Of a stretch of DNA of 64,000 bases, positions 28,337-39,479 are shown piece by piece. The DNA is taken from contig PFAZ01000002.1 in NCBI GenBank assembly GCA_002773535.1, forward strand, positions 2,285-66,284, in the 5' to 3' direction. This stretch comes from Candidatus Harrisonbacteria bacterium CG10_big_fil_rev_8_21_14_0_10_40_38. GTDB taxonomy: Bacteria; Patescibacteriota; Minisyncoccia; UBA6257; 1-14-0-10-40-38. Position 1 is the first letter of the stretch, and each line of letters opens with the position of its first letter. The notes under the pieces are model-generated. The model was given only the letters and a program-made list of their open reading frames with translations, searched no databases and was not told the origin of the DNA. Made by a program: the position numbers and the translations under genes.

Positions 28337-31300
28337 TTAAGAAATAGCCTCAATAGCGGAATCCGCAACCTCACTAACCGACTCTTCTGTTTCAGGTTCA
28401 TGAACATAACCAAAACCCGTTCCCGCAGGAATAAGTCTTCCGATAATCACGTTTTCCTTAAGACCTTTCAAAAGATCAACCTTACCCTCAAGAGAAGCGT
28501 TAATCATTACACGAGTAGTTTCTTGGAAGGAAGCTGCTGAAAGCACACTTTCTGTTGAAAGAGCAACTTTTGTAATACCCATAAGAAGTTGTTGCGCCTT
28601 TGCTGGTACTCCGCCATCAGCCTTAATCTTACGATTTCTCTCCAAGAAAACAGATTTTTCTATTACATCACCTCGCACAAAACCACTATCTCCTGATTCT
28701 GATATTTTCACACGTGAAAACATCTGTTTAACGATAATTTCAATATGTTTATTGTTTATTGGCGCACCTTCAGAAAGGTAAACTTTTTGAACCTCGGTTA
28801 CGATATATTCCTGAACCGCTCTTCCTCCTTTAAGTTTAAATAATTCTCTAAGGTCAAGTGGGCCTTCTGATATTTGATCACCAGCCTTAACCTCATCGCC
28901 AATCTTTACATAAACCCAGGCAGATCTTGGCACTGGATACTCAACGTATTTTTCTTTTTTGGTTTTTGGATTTAAACTCTTAACCCTAACAACTTTGATA
29001 AGACCCTTCTCATCAATTTCGGTAACAACCCCGTCTTCTTCCGCAAGTGATGCCTTTCCTTTTGGCGGTCTTGATTCAAAGATTTCCTCCACACGAGGCA
29101 AGCCACTCGTGATATCAGCTCCAGCGATTCCACCAATGTGAAAAGTTCTCATAGTAAGCTGTGTTCCCGGTTCACCAATAGATTGTGCAGCAACTATTCC
29201 AACCGCCTCACCTACTTTGATCGGCTTATTGTGCCCAAGGTCATAACCATAACACTTAGCGCATACACCATATAAAGACTTGCATGTAATAGGCGAACGA
29301 ACCTTAACCATCTCGACAGTCGATGAATTAATCGCTTCTGCGGTAACCTTGTCAACCATATCACCTGTTTTTGCCAATACTTTGTTTCCAACCTTGACGT
29401 CTTCTAAAATAGTTCTGGAAAAAAGCCTATTTGCAAATGAGTGCCCAAACTCAAGCCCTTGTGCACGATGAATTTCAATGCCCTCTTTTGTTCTGCAATT
29501 TTCCTCGCAAATTATTACGTCCTGTGATACGTCAACCAATCTTCTTGTTAAGTATCCAGCCGAAGCAGTTTTAAGAGCGGTATCCGTAAGACCCTTTCTA
29601 GAACCGTGAGTTGAGATAAAGTACTCAAGCACGTTAAACCCTTCTTTATACGAAGATTTTACAGGAAGCTCAATTGTATCACCCTGCGGATTTTGTACTA
29701 ATCCTTTCATACCCATCATCTGAGCAGATTGAGACCAACTTCCTCGAGCCCCTGAATCAATCATAGAATACACAGAGCTATGAGCATGAAGTGTTTTTGG
29801 AACAACTTCCTTAGAAAGATGATCATTTGTTCTTTTCCATATTTCAATTGACCTCTCTCTCCTTTCAGAATCCGTTAGTAAACCTTCCTCGTATTGCTGT
29901 CTTACAATCAAAGCTTCTTCTTCAGCTTTGGCAAGAATATCTTTCTTTTCGGCAGGAACAATAACATCATCCATCCCCCAACTGATTCCAGATTTTGTTG
30001 CATATTCAAACCCAAGAGATTTTACCGCATCCAAAAAAGTCTTAACTTCTTCATTTGTGTAGTTATTAATAATCTCGCTCGAAATTTTTGAAAGCTCCTT
30101 CTTATTTACCAAAGAATTAACATATCTAAATCCTTTTGGAAGAACTTTGTTAAACATAAGTCTACCAACTGTCGTCTCAAGCACCTCTTTCTTTGGTTCA
30201 TAAACTTTTACATTTGCATTAATAGCAACAACATCATGATGATATGCCATCAAAGCCTCATCAGATCCGCTAAATGTCATACCCTCGCCTTTCGCGCCCT
30301 GTTTACTATTTGTAAGGTAATAACATCCAAGAACTATATCTTGAGTTGGGGTAATTATAGGTTCACCATTTGCAGGCTTTAAAAGATTTAAACTCGAAAG
30401 CATAAGTTCTCTTGCTTCTTTTTGCGCGCCTTCGGAAAGGGGGAGATGAACGGCCATTTGGTCTCCATCAAAGTCAGCATTAAAAGCCACACAAACCAAT
30501 GGTGGAATCTGAATAGCAAATCCCTCGATAAGAACCGGCTTAAATGCCTGAACGCCAAGCCTATGAAGCGTAGGCGCACGGTTTAAAAGCACTTTCCTAT
30601 CAGCAATAACTTCTTCAAGAATAGCCCAAACTTCAGGCGGAGCTTGTTCAATCAAACGATTTGAATTTCTTATATTGTGCGCTAGTCCTCGCTCAATAAT
30701 TTTATTTATTACAAACGGCTTAAATAATTCCAAAGCCATTCTCTTTGGTAGCCCACACTCGTCAATGCTAAGCCTCGAGCCAACTACAATTACAGACCTA
30801 CCTGAATAGTCAACACGTTTTCCAAGAAGATTTTGTCTAAACCTTCCCTGTTTTCCTCGAAGCATGTCCGATAAAGACCTAAGTGGTCTTCGTTGACTAG
30901 AAAGCTGTTGTGAACCGGCACGTGAAGAATTATCTATAAGAGCATCAACAGCCTCCTGAAGCATTCTCTTTTCATTTGTAACAATAACTTCTGGAGCCTT
31001 AAGTTCAATAAGTTTCTTTAGACGATTATTTCTGTTAATAACACGCCTATAAAGATCATTTAAATCAGATGTCGCATATCGTCCGCCATCTAATGCAACC
31101 ATTGGACGAAGATCTGGTGGCAGAACCGGAAGCACCGTAATGATCATCCATTCCGGACGCATGTCGTTAGAAAGAAGCGATTTTACTACTTTAAGACGCT
31201 TCAAAAGTTTTGCTTCTTTAAGCGGATCAGTCACTCCTTCAAGATCTTTTTCTACCTGTTCAGCAATTTTTTCCAAATTATATCCGGACAAAATTTTATA

Positions 31301-31942
31301 AACTGCTTCGGCTCCGCTCCCAGCTTCAAAAATTTCTCCAAACTTCTTTGCAAAGGCATGATATTCAGCCTCACCAATAATCTGCCCAATAGAAATTGAT
31401 TCAATAAGACGCTTCGTTTCAGTCATTGCAGATTTAAGCTGATCAACGTCAACGCCATCTTCAGTAGCAGTTTCCTTTCTCGCCTTAAATTCCCTATCAA
31501 GCTCATCAAGCACCCTAGTTCTAGCAGACTCATCAACACTAGTAATGATATATGCCGCATAATATATAACCTTTTCAAGTTTATTTAGCTGAACATTAAG
31601 AACAGAGCTAAGTTTTGATGGTACATTTCTCAAAAACCATATATGAGCCACTGGAGCTGCAAGCGAAATATGTCCAAGCCTCTCCCTTCTTACAATTGAC
31701 CTAGTAACCTCAACGCCACACTTATCACACACCACCCCCTTATATCTTGCGCGTCGATACTTTCCGCAATAACACTCCCAATCTTTCGTTGGGCCAAAAA
31801 TACGCTCCGAAAAAAGTCCGTCTTTTTCAGGTCTTTGAGTACGATAGTTAATCGTCTCCGGTTTTGTGACCTCTCCATGAGACCACCTAAGTATGTCTTG
31901 AGGAGAAGCGAGTTTAAATTTTATTGCGTCAAAATCAATCAT
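28337..31942 (-). CDS. rpoC: DNA-directed RNA polymerase beta-prime subunit
   Basis: 1201 aa; NADFDGD catalytic motif; zinc-binding Cys clusters. Confidence 0.95.
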   Translation of the reverse strand: MIDFDAIKFKLASPQDILRWSHGEVTKPETINYRTQRPEKDGLFSERIFGPTKDWECYCGKYRRARYKGVVCDKCGVEVTRSIVRRERLGHISLAAPVAHIWFLRNVPSKLSSVLNVQLNKLEKVIYYAAYIITSVDESARTRVLDELDREFKARKETATEDGVDVDQLKSAMTETKRLIESISIGQIIGEAEYHAFAKKFGEIFEAGSGAEAVYKILSGYNLEKIAEQVEKDLEGVTDPLKEAKLLKRLKVVKSLLSNDMRPEWMIITVLPVLPPDLRPMVALDGGRYATSDLNDLYRRVINRNNRLKKLIELKAPEVIVTNEKRMLQEAVDALIDNSSRAGSQQLSSQRRPLRSLSDMLRGKQGRFRQNLLGKRVDYSGRSVIVVGSRLSIDECGLPKRMALELFKPFVINKIIERGLAHNIRNSNRLIEQAPPEVWAILEEVIADRKVLLNRAPTLHRLGVQAFKPVLIEGFAIQIPPLVCVAFNADFDGDQMAVHLPLSEGAQKEARELMLSSLNLLKPANGEPIITPTQDIVLGCYYLTNSKQGAKGEGMTFSGSDEALMAYHHDVVAINANVKVYEPKKEVLETTVGRLMFNKVLPKGFRYVNSLVNKKELSKISSEIINNYTNEEVKTFLDAVKSLGFEYATKSGISWGMDDVIVPAEKKDILAKAEEEALIVRQQYEEGLLTDSERRERSIEIWKRTNDHLSKEVVPKTLHAHSSVYSMIDSGARGSWSQSAQMMGMKGLVQNPQGDTIELPVKSSYKEGFNVLEYFISTHGSRKGLTDTALKTASAGYLTRRLVDVSQDVIICEENCRTKEGIEIHRAQGLEFGHSFANRLFSRTILEDVKVGNKVLAKTGDMVDKVTAEAINSSTVEMVKVRSPITCKSLYGVCAKCYGYDLGHNKPIKVGEAVGIVAAQSIGEPGTQLTMRTFHIGGIAGADITSGLPRVEEIFESRPPKGKASLAEEDGVVTEIDEKGLIKVVRVKSLNPKTKKEKYVEYPVPRSAWVYVKIGDEVKAGDQISEGPLDLRELFKLKGGRAVQEYIVTEVQKVYLSEGAPINNKHIEIIVKQMFSRVKISESGDSGFVRGDVIEKSVFLERNRKIKADGGVPAKAQQLLMGITKVALSTESVLSAASFQETTRVMINASLEGKVDLLKGLKENVIIGRLIPAGTGFGYVHEPETEESVSEVADSAIEAIS

Positions 31943-31956
31943 AATTATTTTGATTT

Positions 31957-34900
31957 TTATTTTTCTTCTTTCGAAGAAGGCATTTTAACAAGTTCGACGT
32001 TGAAGGCTAAAGCCTTTAATTCGTTAATAAGAACATTAAAGGAAGCCGGAATATTTGGATTTTTGATAGGCTCACCACGAATTATCGATTCATAAGCAGA
32101 AGAACGACCAAGAATGTCATCCGATTTTGCAGTGAGCATTTCTTGTAGTGTATGAGCAGCGCCATACCCTTCAAGAGCCCACACCTCCATTTCTCCAAAC
32201 CTCTGACCGCCAAACTGAGCTTTTCCGCCAAGAGGCTGCTGAGTGATCAAAGAGTAAGGGCCAATAGATCTCATGTGCAACTTGTCTTCAACCAAGTGGT
32301 TAAGTTTCATTATGTACATGACGCCAACAGTTACAGCTTGATCAAAAGGTCTACCACTTCTCCCATCATAAAGAGTAACCTTGCCACCTTCTGGAATACC
32401 CGCTTTTTTAAGCTCTTCTTTTATCTGTGCATCAGTTGCTCCAGCAAGAGAGGTAGTCGCAGCTCTATAACCAAGTTTCTTTGCCGCCCATCCCAAATGA
32501 ACCTCCAATATCTGTCCAAGGTTCATACGCGATGCGACACCAAGAGGGTTTAAGACAACATCAACAGGAGTTCCATCTTCAAGATAAGGCATATCCTCAA
32601 CTGGTCTTATTTGTGAAATAACACCCTTATTTCCGTGACGACCTGAAAGTTTGTCCCCTGCTCTTATTTTTCTAAGCTGCGCAACCTGAACCTGAATACG
32701 CGCAATAACACCCGGCTCAAGTTTATCAACATTATCACGTGAAAATATTTTTACTCCGACAATACGGCCATACTTACCATGAGGCAAAGTAAGAGAAGTA
32801 TCCTTTACATCTCTTGCTTGTTCTCCAAATATTGCGCGTAGCAACCTTTCTTCAGAAGTAAGCTCACTCTCACCTTTTGGAGAAATCTTTCCTACAAGAA
32901 TATCGCCAGCTCTTACCTCCGCGCCGATCCTAACTATTCCCTCTTCATCCAAATTACGAAGTTTTTCCTCAGAGACATTAGGAATATCAGGTGTTGTCAT
33001 TTCCGGACCAAGTTTTGTATCTCTTACATCACAATTGTAGTCCTCAATATGAATTGATGTAAATAAATCATTTTGAGCAACTCTTTCCGAAAGAACGATA
33101 GCATCTTCAAAGTTCGCGCCACCCCAAGACAAAAACGCAACCACAAGATTCTGTCCAAGAGCTAAAACTCCATTGTCGATAGAAGGCCCATCTGCAAGAA
33201 CATCGCCCTTCTTAACTTTTTGTCCCTTCTTTACAAGCGGACGCTGCGAAATACACGTAAATTGGTTCGATCTCTTAAATTTAATAAGTGGATATTTTTT
33301 TGTTCCCGACTTAGAACCTTTAAATACGATATGAGTTCCATCAACTTCCGAAATAGTCCCGTCCTCCGGGGCAGTAATGAGATAACCTGAGTCTCGCGCA
33401 ATAAGCTCTTCCATACCCGTTCCGACATACGGCGCTTGAGCGCGAATAGATACAACAGCCTGACGTTGCATGTTTGATCCCATCGCCGCACGACTTGCGT
33501 CATTATGTTCAAGGAAAGGAATGAGTGATGTAGCAATACTAATCGGCTGTCTCGGTGCAACATCAATCAATGTAAGTTCAGCTCTCGTGCATGATCCAGG
33601 TTTTCCATTTATCCTCGCTTCTACAACATCGCTTAGAATATTGCCGTCCGTATCGAATAAAACTCCCGCATGCGCAATTTTATGATGCTCCTCTTCATGT
33701 GCATCAAGCCAGATTAGATCACCTGTTATCTTTCCATTTTTTACCGTTACATATGGAGTCTCAAGAAAACCAAAATCATTCACACGTGAAAAGTTTGAAA
33801 AATAGTTGATCAAACCAATATTCGATCCTTCAGGTGTTTGAATAGGGCAAATTCTTCCATAGTGAGACTGGTGCACGTCACGAACTTCAAAACTGGCTCT
33901 CTGCCTATCAAGTCCCCCAGGACCAAGAACAGAAACACGCCTCTTGTGTTCAACTTCCGCAAGAGGATTAACTTGATCCATGAACTGCGAAAGAGGAGAC
34001 GACGCAAAAAATTCTCTTACAACTGAAATTAACGGCTTTGCATTTACAAGCTGCAAAGGCGTAAGGGTATCAATGCCCATCGTAGACATTCTGTCCTGAA
34101 TAATCCTTCTCATTCTCGCAAGACCAAGTCTAAGACGAGACTGAATGAGTTCGCCTACAGCTCTTACTCTCCTGTTCCCAAGATGATCGATATCGTCAGG
34201 TTCAGCCGAAGGATCATTATTCAACTGAATAATCTCACGAATAAACCCGATTAAATCCTGCAATTGCAAAAGTCTACCATCTACATCCTTAGGAAGAGTT
34301 GAGCTAAGTCGCTGATTTACTTTAAACCTTCCAACATTCGATAAGTCATATCTATCAATCCTATGGAACATAGAATCTATAAGAGTTCTTATGTTATCAA
34401 TTGTAGCTAAATCACCCGGTCTCACACGTTTGTAGATTTCTAAATAGGATTCATCAAGGCTCTTTGCTGCATCCTTCTTGAGAGTCGCCGCAATATAAGA
34501 AACCGAACCATTATCAATGTCGCCAAAATCTTTTTCCGACGAAGAATCCTCCCATCCAAAAACTCGCAAAAGATCCGTTACAGCAACCTTTCTCCTTCTA
34601 TCAATTTTTACCCCAATAAATCCATCTGGATCTGTCTCAAATTCGAGCCAAACACCCCTGCTTGGTATTATTTTCGCTCCAAACAATTTCTTACCTCTCC
34701 ATGTATTAGCAGTAAAATAAACACCGGCACTTCTTATAAGCTGAGAAATAACAACACGCTCAACACCGTTTATAATAAAAGTTCCACGATCCGTCATTAC
34801 CGGAAAATCACCCAAATAAACCTCCTGGTCTTTCTTTTCGTTTGTTTTATGGTTAGTTAACTGAACCTTAACCCTTAATGGAGCTTCATAGGTAAGTTCT

Positions 34901-35133
34901 TTTATTTTTGACTGTTCTTCGTCATACTTCGGCTCATCAAAATAATAATCAAGAAATTCAAGCTCAATTTCCTTTCCAGTATAATCTTTTATAGGCGAAA
35001 TCTCCTCAAATAATTCTTTGAGGCCTGTAGTCTTAAACCATTCATATGATTCAATTTGTACTCTCGCAAGATGGTCTTGATCGGTGAAAGCTCCAGGATG
35101 CGAAGAGAATAATACTGAGGGCAATTTCTCCAT
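31957..35133 (-). CDS. rpoB: DNA-directed RNA polymerase beta subunit
   Basis: 1058 aa; conserved blocks throughout the beta subunit. Confidence 0.95.
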   Translation of the reverse strand: MEKLPSVLFSSHPGAFTDQDHLARVQIESYEWFKTTGLKELFEEISPIKDYTGKEIELEFLDYYFDEPKYDEEQSKIKELTYEAPLRVKVQLTNHKTNEKKDQEVYLGDFPVMTDRGTFIINGVERVVISQLIRSAGVYFTANTWRGKKLFGAKIIPSRGVWLEFETDPDGFIGVKIDRRRKVAVTDLLRVFGWEDSSSEKDFGDIDNGSVSYIAATLKKDAAKSLDESYLEIYKRVRPGDLATIDNIRTLIDSMFHRIDRYDLSNVGRFKVNQRLSSTLPKDVDGRLLQLQDLIGFIREIIQLNNDPSAEPDDIDHLGNRRVRAVGELIQSRLRLGLARMRRIIQDRMSTMGIDTLTPLQLVNAKPLISVVREFFASSPLSQFMDQVNPLAEVEHKRRVSVLGPGGLDRQRASFEVRDVHQSHYGRICPIQTPEGSNIGLINYFSNFSRVNDFGFLETPYVTVKNGKITGDLIWLDAHEEEHHKIAHAGVLFDTDGNILSDVVEARINGKPGSCTRAELTLIDVAPRQPISIATSLIPFLEHNDASRAAMGSNMQRQAVVSIRAQAPYVGTGMEELIARDSGYLITAPEDGTISEVDGTHIVFKGSKSGTKKYPLIKFKRSNQFTCISQRPLVKKGQKVKKGDVLADGPSIDNGVLALGQNLVVAFLSWGGANFEDAIVLSERVAQNDLFTSIHIEDYNCDVRDTKLGPEMTTPDIPNVSEEKLRNLDEEGIVRIGAEVRAGDILVGKISPKGESELTSEERLLRAIFGEQARDVKDTSLTLPHGKYGRIVGVKIFSRDNVDKLEPGVIARIQVQVAQLRKIRAGDKLSGRHGNKGVISQIRPVEDMPYLEDGTPVDVVLNPLGVASRMNLGQILEVHLGWAAKKLGYRAATTSLAGATDAQIKEELKKAGIPEGGKVTLYDGRSGRPFDQAVTVGVMYIMKLNHLVEDKLHMRSIGPYSLITQQPLGGKAQFGGQRFGEMEVWALEGYGAAHTLQEMLTAKSDDILGRSSAYESIIRGEPIKNPNIPASFNVLINELKALAFNVELVKMPSSKEEK

Positions 35134-35204
35134 GAGAGGTTATAAAGAGAAAAACGAGGCAGACAAAAAGGCAAGCCGCCACGTTGACGATTAGTTTAAA
35201 TTAC

Positions 35205-35227
35205 ATTATACCGTACCACACTATCAA
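35205..35227 (-). promoter_or_regulatory. Candidate promoter upstream of rpoB
   Basis: The minus strand reads TTGATA ... TATAAT, but the spacer is only 11 nt (optimal is 17). Confidence 0.25.
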
Positions 35228-35230
35228 TAA

Positions 35231-36229
35231 TTAACGCAAGTATCGAGCTTTATTCCGATTATGCTCAGCAAGAGTAGCCGCAAAAATCGTATTCTTTGTC
35301 TCCGGATCTGAAAGATAATACCAATACTTCGTATTCTGTGGGTTACGCGCTGCAAGAATAGCATCAAGGCCAGGATTTGCAATAGGAGCGGGCGGGAGAC
35401 CCTGATAACGATAAGTATTATAAGGTGATTGTATCAGAAAATCGTCTGGTGTCAAGCGGGGGCAGTTTTCAAAAACCCCATTACATTTTGCATAAATAAC
35501 AGTTGCATCTATCTGCAAACCCATACCGACATCGAGTCTTTTTTTAATAATTCCCGCAACTATTCTCCTATCTTCCGAAAATGGCACTTCCCTCTCTATT
35601 AAAGAAGCTAAAATAAGATCGTTATACCAATCTTTATCCTCTTCCGATGTTTCAAAAGAAAAAGCGGATCCAGCTTTATATTGAAAATTATCCAAAAGCT
35701 TTTTCACTATGTCCTCTGTTGTAGAATCCGTAGAAAACCGATACGTATCAGGAAACAAAAACCCTTCAAGAGTTTTAACTCGTTCCAAAAATGGATATTT
35801 CTGTTTTAATGCCTCCACGTCGTAAGAAGCAAGTGAACCGGCATCAATAAGACCAAGCGAGGCAAATTGAGAATCAACTTCCTTTAACGTTTTACCTTCG
35901 TGTATTAAAACCTCAATATCAGCAGGTCCATCTACCAACAATCTCACAATTTCAGACATGTTGAGAGAAGGCGAAACTATGTATCGACCAGGTTTCAATT
36001 GAGATGAAGCTCCTCTAAAAAAAGTATAAAACTTAAAAGCATAAGAAGATCTTATGAGATTTTCCTCCTCAAGAATCTGCCCTATTTTCCCTACACCATC
36101 ACCGGGCAATATTTTTATATCTCTTGCAGAGCCGATAGAAATTGGGCTCAAAATATAAGTCGTAAACGCCAACATAAAAAAAAGAAATATAAGCGTAAAC
36201 GCAATTAGAAGAGAACGAATGCTAAGCAT
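35231..36229 (-). CDS. mltG: Endolytic murein transglycosylase MltG (YceG-like)
   Basis: ...ASLIEREV...GLQIDATVIY...YNTYRYQGLPPAPIANPG... Confidence 0.85.
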   Translation of the reverse strand: MLSIRSLLIAFTLIFLFFMLAFTTYILSPISIGSARDIKILPGDGVGKIGQILEEENLIRSSYAFKFYTFFRGASSQLKPGRYIVSPSLNMSEIVRLLVDGPADIEVLIHEGKTLKEVDSQFASLGLIDAGSLASYDVEALKQKYPFLERVKTLEGFLFPDTYRFSTDSTTEDIVKKLLDNFQYKAGSAFSFETSEEDKDWYNDLILASLIEREVPFSEDRRIVAGIIKKRLDVGMGLQIDATVIYAKCNGVFENCPRLTPDDFLIQSPYNTYRYQGLPPAPIANPGLDAILAARNPQNTKYWYYLSDPETKNTIFAATLAEHNRNKARYLR

Positions 36230-36234
36230 AAAAT

Positions 36235-37329
36235 TTAAAATCTAGGACGCGCCGGAATAGCTTGAATAATACCAACGAGGAATGCCTTGGTCAATAAACT
36301 TGAGCCGCCATAACTTAAAAATGGAAATGTAACACCAACAACTGGTAAAAGTCCGAGATTCGAACCGACATTAAACAAAAACTCAAGTAAGAAAAGTATA
36401 ACGGCCCCAAGGCAAAGAAATCTAGAAAAATTATCTTCAGCAGAAATCCCTATCTTAATAATACGCAAAAGTACAAAAAGAAAAACCAGAACCAACACAA
36501 ATCCACCCAAAAAACCCCACTCCTCAACAAAAGCCGCAAAAATAAAATCCGTTGCTGGCTCTGTAAGAAACCGAAGTTGTGTTTGTGTCCCCTGACCATA
36601 ACCTTTTCCAAAAATACCAGAAGACCCAATGGCGATCTTCGACTGAATCACGCTATAGTTAATTCCCGAAGGATCATAAGATGGCTGAAGAAACCCAATT
36701 ATTCTTTCTCTCTGATAAGGTTTTAAAAGAAACATCCAACTTGCACCTACAAAAACTGCAAATAACAAAATCCCAATCATAAGATGTCTCCACCTAATAC
36801 CGGAGACCAATAAATAACCGATCCATATCCCGACAAAAATAAGCGCAGACCCCCAGTCAGGCTGAATAAATACAATAATCGCAGGAACAAAAAAATAAAC
36901 AAAACTTGCAGCCAAATTTCCGATATGCGCTATACCAACATGTCTTCTGGCAAAAAAAACCGATAGCATAATCACTAAAGAAACCTTCGCAAGTTCAGAT
37001 GGCTGAAAAGCAAACGAACCAAAAGTTAACCAGCTTCTCGTCTGTCTTACTGTCGGCGCAAAAAAAAGAGTTAAAAATAAAAGCAAAACAGTAACAACGT
37101 AAAATCCTAGAATAATCCACTTATAATTAAGGGCTATTTGCCAATCTATTGAAGAAGATAAAAAAAGTATCAAAAAACCTACCAAAAACCAGATAAGTTG
37201 CTGGTAAAATAAAGATTTTGAAATACTCGAAATCTCAATAAGGCTACAAGATGCAAGCGCCGCAACGCCCGACATGAGTAGCCAATCTAAACGTTTTAAA
37301 CGCAAAAAAGTAAAAAACATAAAAAACAC
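36235..37329 (-). CDS. rodA: SEDS-family peptidoglycan glycosyltransferase (RodA/FtsW)
   Basis: 364 aa, ~10 TM; ...TEPATDFIFAAFVEEWGF... Confidence 0.85.
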   Translation of the reverse strand: MFFMFFTFLRLKRLDWLLMSGVAALASCSLIEISSISKSLFYQQLIWFLVGFLILFLSSSIDWQIALNYKWIILGFYVVTVLLLFLTLFFAPTVRQTRSWLTFGSFAFQPSELAKVSLVIMLSVFFARRHVGIAHIGNLAASFVYFFVPAIIVFIQPDWGSALIFVGIWIGYLLVSGIRWRHLMIGILLFAVFVGASWMFLLKPYQRERIIGFLQPSYDPSGINYSVIQSKIAIGSSGIFGKGYGQGTQTQLRFLTEPATDFIFAAFVEEWGFLGGFVLVLVFLFVLLRIIKIGISAEDNFSRFLCLGAVILFLLEFLFNVGSNLGLLPVVGVTFPFLSYGGSSLLTKAFLVGIIQAIPARPRF

Positions 37330-37336
37330 TATTCTA

Positions 37337-38104
37337 TTACTTTACCGAATCAGCATAGACTCTGACGGATGCAGTGGAAATAGCACTAACGTCAGAAATA
37401 GGAACTATAGCAGTAAAAGCTCTCTCCTCAAAAGAAGAAATTCTCTCAATAAAAGTACTAGACAATCCAATAAGCACATCATTCCTGTCGTAAACAGCAA
37501 CATATATATCCGCGCGAGCCAGAGAAACTGCTTCACGATTCACAAAAAGACCAGTGATAGAAATCTTATTCCCATCAAAGATAGAATCTTGTTCAATTCT
37601 CGCAGAACGAATACTCGTGTCAGGATTTGAAAATTCACTAATAGGTCTCCAAGTCTGATTTTCAATAATCGCTTTTGCATACGAAACACCGCTTATAGAA
37701 ATCGGCACTCCAGCCTCAACGACAGTTTTTATATCTCCCGGATAAATAAATGAGTCTCTAACCACATCGCTCACCACCGTATCGGTATTATCAAAAAAAG
37801 TAACATGATATCTAAAATTTGAAGCGCCGAAAGACGTATTTGGATTTTTAAAACCAAGAAGTGCAGATGTAAAATTTCCGGACCCCACGAGCTTAACAGG
37901 CAACGCTTCAATAGGCTTAAGATTTGCTATCTCGCACGAAACACATGGCCCCCCGCAATCAACCTGCTCTTCCCCTTGATTACGCCTATTATCAAAACAA
38001 GTTCCAAATGAAAAAAAATATCCGTAAATATAATAAATAATTGCGGCAAAAATCGACAAATATAAAACTCCGTAAATAAATTGTTTAATTCCCCTTCTTG
38101 GCAT
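37337..38104 (-). CDS. Hypothetical membrane-anchored protein with an extracytoplasmic 4-Cys motif
   Basis: 255 aa; N-terminal TM, then CFDN...VDCGGPCVSC. Confidence 0.4.
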   Translation of the reverse strand: MPRRGIKQFIYGVLYLSIFAAIIYYIYGYFFSFGTCFDNRRNQGEEQVDCGGPCVSCEIANLKPIEALPVKLVGSGNFTSALLGFKNPNTSFGASNFRYHVTFFDNTDTVVSDVVRDSFIYPGDIKTVVEAGVPISISGVSYAKAIIENQTWRPISEFSNPDTSIRSARIEQDSIFDGNKISITGLFVNREAVSLARADIYVAVYDRNDVLIGLSSTFIERISSFEERAFTAIVPISDVSAISTASVRVYADSVK

Positions 38105-38171
38105 AAAACATATTCATTGTAGCGACATTTAACTCTTTAAAAAAGCGCCACAAAAAAACACCGATGCTTTG

Positions 38172-38290
38172 ATATGCCGGCATATCCTACTTTCCCGCCC
38201 CGAAAACGGAGAAGTATCATCAGATCCAATACGCTTTCACGACTCTGTTCGGAATGGGAAGAGGTGGGGCACGTACGGATAAAATACCGG
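38172..38290 (-). rRNA. rrf: 5S rRNA
   Basis: The reverse complement aligns to the bacterial 5S (…CUGUUCGGAAUGGGAAGAGGUGGG…); helix I is closed by UGCCGG/CCGGCA. The ends are approximate. Confidence 0.7.
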
Positions 38291-38633
38291 CAAATCAAAA
38301 CATCGGTGAGGTACAGCATTCTTACGCTTTCCGTTATGAAGAACGTTGTGGTTATTAAATCAAAACGACTTTTAGTACTCCTTGGCTAAACACGTTACCG
38401 TGCGTACACCTAGAGCCTATCAACGTGGTAATCTTCCACGAGTCGCCACGCACAGAGCACGCAATGATTGATTAAAATCATACACTGCGTGCTCTGCACG
38501 CTAACACCTTATCTTGGGATGGGCTTCGTGCTTAGATGCTTTCAGCGCTTATCCCTTCCGAACATAGCTACTCGGCAATTCACCTGGTGGCAAAGCCGAT
38601 AGACCAGCGGTTCGTTCAGCCCGGTCCTCTCGT

Positions 38634-39417
38634 CACGTAATCCCCTATTTCTAGGAGCGTAGACTATATCTTCACCCTTCTCGCATCGCGAGATTAGGGT
38701 GTCAGCATGTTACCTGCATAAACCTGTCTGAAATTCAGACTTTCCAGTTTACACAAGTCCAATTCGTCAGTTAACGAATTAAGTCGTTACGGGGTCAAAC
38801 CTAAAGTTTTCAATATTTCCCCCTCGGTTCTCTTCTTGCGAGTTTTATAATTCTCATTTTGAACCTTCAAAATATTTTTAGCCAACATCCTAAGCTCTTT
38901 TTCGGAACGAGATCGTTTTTTAAGTATACGAGCTGACTCGATAAGAAGTTTTGCTTGAATTTCTTTAAATTTAATAAATGGGAGTAATTGAACAAGTATT
39001 TTTTCAACCTGCTCGTGTCCATTTATCCGCAATTCAGAAATTCCATCATTTCTTCTCGAAATATACCCAATACCAAACACATCTCTAATCCAAAATAGAG
39101 GCTTTTCATGACGGGAATCTTGATAAAAACAAATCGTTAGCATAAACCTATGCCTGGATTTATTCCCATCTTTGCGCTTCTTGAGTTGAAACATCAAACT
39201 TCCATCACCATCAAGAAAACCCGCAATATAAGCTAAATAAACTTTAAGTCGACTTCCCACGGTATTATCTTAAATATCTTATGGTCCTCAAGTAATATAC
39301 CATATCTAGCAGACCGTTACCAGATAGTTTTTATCCATAGACCAAAAAATATATGAAGACTTCACCGTTATAAGCTGAATTGTCAATCCGCCTTTCGACG
39401 GAAAGTAGCAATTTCTT
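38634..39417 (-). mobile_element. Group I intron 1 in the 23S, inserted between the equivalents of E. coli U2656 and A2657 (sarcin-ricin loop)
   Basis: The exon junction is CCUAGU | ... G | ACGAGAGGACC; the 5' exon ends in U and the intron ends in G, as group I introns require. It contains a LAGLIDADG ORF. Confidence 0.7.
38787..39260 (-). CDS. Single-motif LAGLIDADG homing endonuclease (encoded in intron 1)
   Basis: 157 aa; LAYIAGFLDGDGS motif near the N-terminus. Confidence 0.85.
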   Translation of the reverse strand: MGSRLKVYLAYIAGFLDGDGSLMFQLKKRKDGNKSRHRFMLTICFYQDSRHEKPLFWIRDVFGIGYISRRNDGISELRINGHEQVEKILVQLLPFIKFKEIQAKLLIESARILKKRSRSEKELRMLAKNILKVQNENYKTRKKRTEGEILKTLGLTP

Positions 39418-39479
39418 ACTAGGGCCGACTTCCCTCAAGTGTTCACGCCTGCAGCAGATAGAGACCAACCTGTCTCACG

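Noticed and set aside
35181-35190. TTGACG hexamer on the plus strand upstream of mltG/rpoB
   Set aside because: Both flanking genes are on the minus strand. No plus-strand gene follows, so it is not a functional -35.
38449-38498. 10-bp inverted repeat CAGAGCACGC / GCGTGCTCTG near the 23S 3' end as a possible terminator or mobile-element end
   Set aside because: It lies inside the aligned 23S 3' domain, at the helix-98 variable position, so it is most likely a native rRNA helix.
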